A DNA stretch of 64,000 nucleotides from contig OZ244207.1 in assembly GCA_965216875.1 (NCBI GenBank), forward strand, positions 4,128,001 through 4,192,000, written 5' to 3'. Numbering within the stretch: position 1 is the stretch's first letter; each line of letters opens with the position of its first letter. The stretch comes from Rubripirellula sp. GTDB taxonomy: Bacteria; Planctomycetota; Planctomycetia; Pirellulales; Pirellulaceae. Positions 50,140 to 60,300 of the stretch are shown here, piece by piece. The position numbers and the translations under genes are program-made. Below the pieces are notes generated by a model. It was not told where the DNA came from and did no database searches. It worked only from the letters and a program-made list of their open reading frames with translations.

Positions 50140-51359
50140 TTTTTTAGCGCCGCGACATCAGCCAAATTCTTTAGGTTGCTGAGAACATGATCGGTATCAG
50201 GACCAAAATCGAGCAAACAGGCGATCTCGGTCACTCCGATCGCCTGCAGTTCTCGGCATGTCGCGGCGCATGATTGCACCGTCCCCATCAACGACCGGCC
50301 ACCAATGAACTTGTTCAACATCCACTCGAGCATTTGATCGAGTTCTGCTTTTGGCAAAGTTTCCAAATCCATTGTCTGCCCTTGGCTCACCGCCAATTGC
50401 TTGAGCAGTCCCAGGTTGTCGCGCAGGTATTCGCAGTAGGCTGCACCGGCTTCTTCCCGAACTTGGTCAAACGTTTCGCCCACAAACGTGTGCAGTGTGA
50501 CTGCGATTTCGCCCGGTCCTTGGTGCCCGGCACGGCCTCGTGCTTGCCGGTAGATGTCAACCTTGACCTTCAGTTCACCGATGTCCTGATTGAAAAGGTG
50601 CGTCAGAACGCCAACACCCATTTCGCCGGCGCGGCGAAAGGTCTCGGGATTGCCCGCGGCAGTCAACCAAACTGGCAATTCGGGTTGCACCGGCGTTGGG
50701 TAGGTTCGGACTGAAATCGAATCACCCGTCCCACTTGCGCGTTGCACCTCTTCGCCTCGCCAAAGCCGGCGCACCTGATCGATTCCGTCGTACATGTTGT
50801 CCGATCGATCTTGATACGCCTCAGGAGCGAGCACGAAGTCATCGGGATGCCAACCAGAAGCAAAGGCAAGCTCCACTCGCCCACCTGACAAATTGTCGAC
50901 CACGGCCCATTGCTCAGCGACGCGAAGTGGATCGTTCAGCGGCATCACAACACTGCCCGCTTTGAGTTTCAAGCTCTTGGTTCGACTTGCAATCGCTGCA
51001 TGTAAAACCGCGGGACTGGGATAAAGGCAACCAAACTTTGTGAAATGGCGCTCAGGCAACCAAATCCCATCGAAGCCGTGGCGGTCGGCAAACAAGGCCG
51101 CTTCGGTCAGCAATCGATACTTGTCCCCCTTGGCGTCCGTTTCCTGGTCTCCAAAAAACATCAACGACATTCTTAGGTCGGACGCATCACCATCAGCAAC
51201 CACGTCGGCTTTCGAAGCGTCGCGGATCGCCTGCAAACACTCCTGCTTGGTTCCCGCGATCGTTGTACGCGTCCATCCGCTGGGCACATCGCGATCGATG
51301 GGCCAACACGACGAACGGCCTGTTCCATTTTGAACGACGATGTAACGTTCCGTCTTCAC
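50136..51359 (-). CDS. MbtH-like domain fused to a MupA/Atu3671-type luciferase-like monooxygenase
   Basis: N-terminal YIVVQN...SCWP...VPSGW...KQECLQAI, then SLMFF, WLPERHF, LRVAEQWAVVDNLSGGRV, ASGWHPDDFV and EIACLLDFG. The GTG start overlaps the megasynthase stop. Confidence 0.88.
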   Translation of the reverse strand: MKTERYIVVQNGTGRSSCWPIDRDVPSGWTRTTIAGTKQECLQAIRDASKADVVADGDASDLRMSLMFFGDQETDAKGDKYRLLTEAALFADRHGFDGIWLPERHFTKFGCLYPSPAVLHAAIASRTKSLKLKAGSVVMPLNDPLRVAEQWAVVDNLSGGRVELAFASGWHPDDFVLAPEAYQDRSDNMYDGIDQVRRLWRGEEVQRASGTGDSISVRTYPTPVQPELPVWLTAAGNPETFRRAGEMGVGVLTHLFNQDIGELKVKVDIYRQARGRAGHQGPGEIAVTLHTFVGETFDQVREEAGAAYCEYLRDNLGLLKQLAVSQGQTMDLETLPKAELDQMLEWMLNKFIGGRSLMGTVQSCAATCRELQAIGVTEIACLLDFGPDTDHVLSNLKNLADVAALKK

Positions 51360-54300
51360 GATTCACCCCTCGCGGACTTTGGCAAAGCCTTGGGGTCATG
51401 AAGATGCCCGTACGCCACACAACCGACTTCGATTCCGGCGCCGACCGAGACGAGCAGCCACGTTTCGGATTTCGTTGTCTTGAGAGTCTTACCCAACGCG
51501 ATCGCAATCGTTGACGTAAAGGCATCGCTACCCTGCGAATCGGCTGCGACCACGGCATCAACATCAATGCCAAGGGCTTGCGCAACCACAATCGGGGCAA
51601 TGCGAGTTGGGGTCGTCACCAAGACGCGATTGAATTGTGCAATCGACGTTCCTTCGCGCCCTAGGAAGTCATCAACGGCGTCGATCAAACAAGCGACAAC
51701 GGTCTCCTCGAGATCATCCGACCGTTCGATCTCCAACCTCGCCACGCGCTGGACCAGACGCGTTCGCGTTACGAGTTTGCCTGCGTGCTCTGGATAGGAT
51801 TTAAAGAAGAACTCACCGAAACCCTCGCTCGCGTTGTCGGTCCGTTCAATTGCAATTGCTGACCCACCAATCACAAGCCCGTACTGAGCAAACGACCGAT
51901 CATTGTTCTCAGTTTCCGAGGCGGTGATCAAAGCACGCTTGCCCGCTCCTGTTCTCAGCGACCCGGCAACCAGACTGCACGCAACAAGTGGCCCGCGAGA
52001 GCTGTCGGTCAAGTCGTAGGCAAGCCCTCGGCTATCGCCCTCGGCAACCTCGGCCATCCCCAGCTCTCCCGACACGATCGCCGCAACGGCTGGCTCACTA
52101 AGAAACTCGTCCCGATACACGCCTGCATGAATCAACATGTCTACATCACTGGCTTGCCAGTCGACAGAAGCCAACGACTTGGAAGCCGCGGCGAGGCTGG
52201 TTCGGACAACGGACATTTCAACCGCACTCTCGATGCTGCCATTAAGATTCGGTTCCTGCGTTTCCTTGACCCAAGAGGTCGCCACAATACGAGTCCCGAA
52301 CAATTGATTCGGTAGGGTGATCGGGGCAACCGAACTCGACTTGGTTCCATCAGCAATACGCTCGGGGAGCGAATCGAAGGTATAGAGTGCTGTCCCGATC
52401 GTTTGCCCCGAACCACTGATGGCGAAAACAGCGCGATCCTCTTTCTGTATTCGTCCGCCAAGAATCATGTCCATCACCGCGACCCAGTGGGTCGTGCTGG
52501 CGGTGTTGCCACGATGCGTCAAGTTGTTGACGGTATTCTTGTGATCACACACGGTTGCATCGAAGTGTCGATTGAGTTCCTCAATCGCTCCATCGAGCGT
52601 TGTCGTCGACGTTTGATGCATGATGACGTGTTGAATCTCGTCGGGCCGCCACTTTCGTTGAACCAACGATCGATGCGCGTGGTTGACCGAAAGGTCGAGT
52701 GTCACGGCCGACGCTTTCACAGCATCGGTGTACATGATCGCGCCACCGTGCGGGCGGTCCGTCACTTTCGCAACGCACAAATCATGGTGCCGTCCATCGG
52801 TGTAGAGATCGAGGGACTCAAATCCATAGCCACTGTCGGTCAGTTCTACGATCACCGCCGCACCGGCATCGCCGAGCGTCAAACAAGCCAGACGAGGATC
52901 AAGAAACCCTTCGATTTCCTTTTGGGCCGTTTTGGTTAGGTGCGTGATGTACTCGCCACTGACAATCATCACGCGCGCCGCCTGACCACTGCGCAATTGG
53001 TCTTCTGCAATGGAAAGGGCTGTAAAGAACCCAGCGCAGGCGTTGCATACATCAAACGCCAATGCCGAAGTCGCACCAAGTCGCTGCTTCAGTTTGGAAG
53101 CCGTTGAGGGTTCATAGGAAACTTCGAAGTCCGGCCCGTCGTAGCGAGAGATATTGCATGCGATAAGCGAATCAATCTCGCCCGCTTCGAATCGTGAGTT
53201 TTCGAGACAGCTGATCGCGGCCTTGAATGCGAGATCGATCGCGAACTCCGTTTCCCCGGCAACGTGTCGACTTTGGATTCCCGTCATTCGCTCAAGCGGG
53301 AACTCAAGTTTTTTCTGGCAACCTTCGATGACCTCATCGGTCGTCTCGGTCGCAGGGGGCAGATAAGTGCCTAAACTTTCGACCGTCATCTTCAACGAAG
53401 TCGATCGCGACGGTTCCTGCGCAACAGAATCGATCGTTTGTTGCCCGATCGGCTGGCCCAAGACATCTGGCTCGGCCGCAGCCTGCGTTTCAGCTGCGGG
53501 CCCGTCGGCATCGATCGCGGCAGCCAGCTCGGCGACGGTCTGGAACTGAAACATGCGTTCGGCCGACACTGAAAAGCCTTCACGCATCGCCAGCTCGGCG
53601 GCTTGAAGTGCCTGCAGTGATGCGCCACCCAACTCGAAAAAGTTGTCGTGAATGCCTACCGAAGGGACATTCAAGACCTTGCACCAAATCGCTGCGATCA
53701 CCTTTTCCGTTGGTGTCGATGGCGGAACGGCCTCGGTGGCTTCAACTGCATCACTGGGATCTGGCAAGCGGGTTGCATCCAGTTTGCCGCTCACGGTCAA
53801 CGGAAATGCGTCCACACCGACAAACGCTTTGGGGACCATGTAGCAAGGCAAATGACTTGCGACATGCTTGCGAAGATCGGCTTGGAAGGAAGCGTCATCG
53901 GCATCGCTGCTGCGAGGCCGATCGGCGAGGTAGTAACCGACTAAGCCGATTCCCGAGTGATACAACACGTGAGCGTCTTTGATTGACTTGCCCGCGCGCA
54001 TCACGGCCGCGATCTCACCCGGCTCGATTCGATTTCCGTCCACCTTGACTTGGTCATCGATGCGGCCGAGGAATTCAACCTCACCCGTTGTCGTCCAACG
54101 CGCGCGATCGCCCGATCGATACATCGAGGCATCAAAAGCATCGCTAAAGGGGTTGGGCACAAAGACGTCCGCGGTCAACTCGGGTCGCCCGAAGTATTCA
54201 AGCGCCAATCCGGGACCTGAAATACAAAGTTCACCTGGAACGCCGATGGGCATCGGTTCAAGATGCCCGTCCACAATCTCGATTCGTACGTTGGACACCG

Positions 54301-57300
54301 GTTGTCCCAACGAAGGCTCTGTTCCGTCACCCGAGCATTGGTGAGTCGACGCCCAGACGGTCGTTTCAGTTGGGCCGTAGGCGTTGAACATTCGCCGAGG
54401 GTTTCCGGCACGTTCGATCCATTTGTCGACCAGCTGCGCCGAACAGGCTTCGCCCGCAGAAATGACGGTATGCAAAGCGGGCAAGTCGTCACTCGAAAGC
54501 GCCGACAAAACCGACGGAGGCAACGTCGCGACGTTGACATTTGAACGGCGCAATTGGTCTGTGATTTCACCAGTTGACGACCGAACGACCCCCGGGTCGA
54601 TCACATAAAGCGTCGCTCCGGCATGAAGTGCCAGAATGATTTCGAAAACGGACGCGTCAAAGTGCAACGAACTGAACTGCAGACATTTGTCGCTCGCCTG
54701 AATACCAAATGTCTTGCGTTGGGCCACGGCCATGTTGGCGATTCCGCGGTGCGTCAGGACGGTTCCCTTGGGTTTCCCAGTCGATCCAGAGGTGTAGATC
54801 AGGTAGGCCAAGTCATCGTGCGTGACCTTCGGCAAAGCAACGCGTTCGGAGTTCCCGAAACGAGCTTCGTCACCACCAATCGACACCACGACGCGATACC
54901 CACCGAGCGCAAGTTCATCGATCTTGTTTTGATCTTGGTCGGTCAAAACCACGTCAGGCGAAGCGTCGGCAAAGATCGCCTGCAATCGCGATCGAGGGTG
55001 TGCCGGGTCAAGCGGAACGTATGCAGCGCCCGCTCGCCAAGCAGCCATGATTCCGATGATCGATTCAACGCCTCGACCAGCCAACAACCCGACGATGTCC
55101 CCCTTGCGGGTTCCGGCCGAGAGAAGCCGAGCCGCAACGCTGTCGACACGTTGATCGAGTTGGCGATAAGAGATTGCCGCCGATTCCGATTCGAGTGCGA
55201 TTGCATCTGGCGTTTGCTTTGCCCATTGCCGAAGCAATGCGTCACCCGCATGATCGGGATCAAAATCGACGTGCGTATCGTTCCACCGCGTGATGCACTC
55301 CTGCTGTTCCAACGAAAGCAGCGGCGCGGTGCGAATCGGAACATCGGGATTGATGGCGATCGCATCAATCAACGTATTGAAGCTCTGCGAAAGACTCTCG
55401 ATCGCTTCGTCGCTAAACAAATCGGTGTTGTAGCGAAATGTCAGCTTCAATTCGTCTTCGAGTTCGAATACGATCAAGGTCAAATCAAAGGGAGCGCCGC
55501 GCTGTTCCATCAACAACGGCTTGAGCCTCAAACGGTCGCTCGACTTACCCGGCGCGAAGTGCGATTCTTTGAGGTGCCGCGGCTTGTCCCAAATGAACAT
55601 CGTCTGGATCAGCGGCGATCGACTCGTATCGCGGAGCGGCCGGACCTTCTCGACCAGTTTGGCAAACGGCAACGCTTGGTGCTGCAACGCGTCGAGTACT
55701 TCGCGTTGACTGTCACGAAGCACATCACGGAACGTCGGCGAACCGTTGATCCGGGTTCGCAAAACAAGCTGGTTCAGGAAATAGCCGACGATCCCTTCCC
55801 ATTCCGAACGTCCGCGACTCGCCGAAACCGTTCCAACGAGCAGATCATCCTGGCCACAGATGCGTGACAAAAACGTTTGGTACGCGGCAAGCACAATCGT
55901 GAACAGTGTCGTTCGTTCTTCAACCGCAACATCGCGAAGCGATTCGACAACCTCCGTCGGGACCGTCCACTCCAACGATTTTCCGTTGAACGTCTGCTCG
56001 GCAGGACGCTGGTAGGTCGTCGGCAACTCCAATACATGCGGTGCACCTTCGAGTTTGCGTTGCCAAAACCGCCAAAGCTGCTCGCCCTCTTCACTAGTGT
56101 CGAGCCCGCGCTCCCAATCGACGTAGGCGTCGTAGGTCGTTGGCAGTGTCCCCAAATCGATCGTCCCGCCACCAACGATCATTGCGTAAAGGTCAAGCAA
56201 CTCCTGGATCAACACGTCCATCGACCACAGGTCGGCCGCAATATGGTGCATCGCGATCGACAAGACGTCTCCCTTGCGACATCGCAAGAGCGTGAAACGA
56301 ATGACCGGACCGTCCTGGAGATCAAAGGGGGCGTCGGCTTGATCGCGAATCCAATCGACCATGCGGCTCCGCTTCCAATCCTGGCAGTCCTTTTCGGCAA
56401 TCTCGACATCGATCGAATCGGACAAAACGCGAACCGCGGCATCACCATCGAGTCGATAGCGAGTTCGCAAGACGGGATGGCGTTTGACGAGCGAGCGACA
56501 TGCCTTGGTCATCGCGTCGCGGTCGATCGTGCGCGACGTTTGTGCTGCAAAGGCAAAGTTGTACGCGGGGCCCTCAGGAGCACGCTGGTGAATCAACCAC
56601 AAAGCTGTCTGACCGACCGACATCGGACCAAGCACACGCTCGCCCGTCGACGGTGACCGGCGAGTGGCGATGTCGGTGGTTTGCGGTTGCCGTTGCGACG
56701 AGGGGTCGGTTGCCAAATCCGACGCTACCCGGTCGGCAACACTCACTTCCTGACGGTCTCCGCGAGGAACAATCGAGCGAGGGTCGACTTCTTGGGAATC
56801 GAGCGCAATGCTCATCAATTGCGTGAGCGACTTGCCCTCAAGGAACGCGACCATCGGCACCGACAACTCAAGCTCCGACGAAAGTCGGTTCTTCAATTGA
56901 ATCGCCATCAACGAATCGATACCGAGATTGGACACCGGCTGGTCGATGTCGATCTCAGCCGGATCATGCTCAAGCACTGCGGCAACGGCGTGACGAAAGT
57001 AGTCTTCGAGCGCTGCTCGGCGACCGTCAACGTTGCTGCTTTGTTGAAACGCTTCAACCCACTTGGACAGGTCGACTCGCGTTTTCCCGGCTCTCTGAGC
57101 TGAACGGTTCCCCAATGATCGTGATGCGGATTGCGAACTCGTTGCTTTCTGAGGCCTCGAATCATCGCCTACACCGGTCGCAACCAAGACCGCTTGGCCT
57201 TGTTGGACGCGCGCCAACGAAGCATCAGGAGCGAGGATGGCGGGGTCGCGATACCCGCATCCATTCAACAGTTGCAGCCAAGCTTTTGAATCAATCAGAG

Positions 57301-60300
57301 GATAGTTCGGCCTCAACTCCGAATCTTCGAATCGCCACCACCCTTCGGTCAGTCCAAAGATCAAATCGAGCATCGGCTCGGGGCGGACGCCTTCGAGTGC
57401 CACCAACAAACCGCCCGACCTGAGCAATCGATTTGCGTTGGACAAGGTCCGTTTCAAGTCACTCGTCGCGTGAAAAACGTTTGCGGCGATCACGATGTCA
57501 AAAGCGTCTTCTTCGAATCCTTGCGACTCGATGGTCGATTCGATATCGAGCACTTGAAACTCGAGCGAGCCCGAGGCTTCTTGAGAAGATTCGAAGCGTC
57601 CCGACGCTTCCGCCACGAGCAGCGGCGAGACATCGGTGAACACATAGGATTCAACCTTATCTTTGATCGCGGGCCAAACGAAACTTGTCGTTCCGCCCGT
57701 GCCGCCTCCGATTTCAAGCACGCGTATTGGGCGCGATGGATCGTGCGCCAATTGCGTGTCGATCGCCGCGACCACCGCGTCGGCAACCGTCTGATTGCAA
57801 ACCTGGGCGACCGGTGAGGCGCGGTAAAGCGATTCCAAATCGGACGCATCTCCGCCAGGGAAAAGGACCTCCAGAGGATCGGTCTGGCCAGCGAGAACGG
57901 ATGCAAGTTTGCTGCCGCAACGAGCCACCAGTTTGAGTTCCCGAGTCACGGAGGGATGCTTTTGCCTCAGTGGTGCAACTGCGCCACACAACTGGGACGC
58001 CTCAATTCGCTGGTGCCCCACAACGCGCCAAGACCTTGTGGATTGATGCTCGATGGGCTCCAGCCATCGTTGGTCAGCCAAAATCTCGCATATGCGCTCG
58101 GCCAAACGCAAATGTTTCGCAGCGATTCGTCCCACTGCCACTTCGTTTGCAAGATCCACAACTTGGCCGTCGCGATCCGCAAGTCCGAGCGTCTCGAACG
58201 CCTTGTACATGTAACGCGCAACCAATTGATCGACTTCTGGCTTTGCAGCAGCGTAAGACTCGAGTTCCTCGGCCAAACCGTGACAGTCTCGATCGCGTTG
58301 CCTATCGGTCACCGACGAGGCAATGGTGTCGGTATCGATGCTCGGCGCGGCATCGTTCTTCGCGTCATCCAACCAGTAGCTTCGCGGTTGGAAGGGGTAC
58401 CCTGGAAGCCGGAAATTCGAAGGTTCCGACCGGTCGCGACTTCCGTTGACTTCATCCCAATCGAGTTCGACACCTCGGCAGAAAAGCTCTCCAACCGCAG
58501 TCAACACACAACGCAAATCGTCTTGACCGCGAACGAGTGTTTGTAAGTAGTCGATAGGGATGTTGCTATTGAGTTGCCCCAAGGTGCAAAGTGTCGGATG
58601 CGGTCCGATCTCGATGGCAACATCACACTTTGACTTGGCCAATGACTCGAGGGCGCGGACATATTGAACTGGCTCGCGACTGTGGCGTGTCCAGTAATTC
58701 GGCGAACAGACTTCCGAAGTCACCTGCTGGCCGGTGAGTGACGAGATATACGTCTTCTCTGGCAACGACAACTTGGCTGACTCGATCACACCTTTGATAG
58801 GCTCGAGCACCGGGTCCATCAGCGAGGAATGAAACGCTTGATTGATTCGCAAAGGCCGTGTTGTGGTTCCCGCTGCCGCCAACGTGTCTTGCAACATGGC
58901 GATTCCCGACGAGGCACCCGAAACCACGATGTGCTCGGGAGCATCGATCGCTGCGATCGACAGGTCCTGTCCAAGTTCATTGATTCGATGCTGCACCGAC
59001 TCGGCCGAATCAAAGACAACGGTCATCGCACCTGCTTGGCTAAGCAGCGAGACGTGACGGGCACGCACTGCCGTCAATCGCAATGCATCCTCCCAGGTCA
59101 TCACACCCGAGATCGCCGCCGCCGCGAACTCGCCCATGCTATGGCCCAGCACGGTCGTCGCACCAGCGCCGAATTGCTCGAACGTCTTGGCGAGCGCAAG
59201 TTGCAACGAAAACAAACTCGTTTGTGCAGCCGGTCCGTTTAGCAATTCGGCCACGGCCCCATTGGTCTCGGGCGACGAAGCGATCAGATCGGTGATCGAA
59301 TGATCGAACTCGTCCCTCAGAAGTTCATCACAGCAATCGATCCACTTCCGAAACGTTGGGAGATGGCGATACAGCATCTGTCCCATGCCGACGTGCTGTC
59401 CACCTTGACCGGTAAACAGCATCGCGATCGAAACCGCTCGGTCAGAGAGGGCCGTTGCGGCGCAAACATGTTCGCTTGCCTTGCCCTCGGCAAACTGCGT
59501 CAACCGCTCCGCAACGGTTTCTTTCGAACTTCCGACAACGGCGACACGATGACGTAGACTCGACCGTTGATATTGGGTCGCCTGTGCGATCACGTCGAGC
59601 TCGCCCGCACTTTGCCGCAATACGTCACCATGCTGGCGAGCCAAATCTGCTAGGCCCTCGACGTGGCCCGACGACAACGTGATTAGACTTGGAAGTGTGC
59701 CGGTTGGACTCGCTTTCGGTGCTCGCTTTGGTCTTTCGCCTTGGCCAACAATCACATGAGCGTTGGTGCCTCCGAATCCAAACGAACTCACTGCCGCCCG
59801 GCGACGCGTTGAGTCGTCCCATCTCGCATTGGTTGTCGAAATCGACAGACGCGATTCATCGAGATCGATGTGTGGATTCAATACGGCAAGGTTCGGCTGC
59901 GAAACCACCTCGCCATGTTCCAGCTCCAACACAACTTTCAAAAGACTGGCCAATCCTGCCGCCGACTCGAGATGACCGAGGTTTGCTTTGACTGCACCTA
60001 AGAAACAGTCGTTGGCCTGCTGTCCGCGTCGGCCATAGACTTGGTTCAGGCTGCGAAATTCGATCGGATCGCCAAGGATCGTTCCCGTGCCGTGCGCTTC
60101 GATTCTGGAAACGGCAGACGGTTCTAGCGCGGCATCAGCAAGTGCGTTTCGATACAGCTGCTGCTGAGCATCACCACTCGGGGCGGTGATACCATTGGTC
60201 AAGCCATCCTGATTAATCGCCGTTCCTTCGATGACGGCACGAATGAGGTCGCCGTCACGCCGTGCCGCCTCAAGCGGCTTCAACACAACCGCAATGCACC

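Noticed and set aside
54623..55867. 414-aa plus-strand ORF and similar long antisense ORFs (4213-5136, 11829-12776, 16852-17769, 35626-36636)
   Set aside because: They lie antisense to well-supported genes, show no recognisable motifs, and are expected from codon bias in GC-rich DNA.
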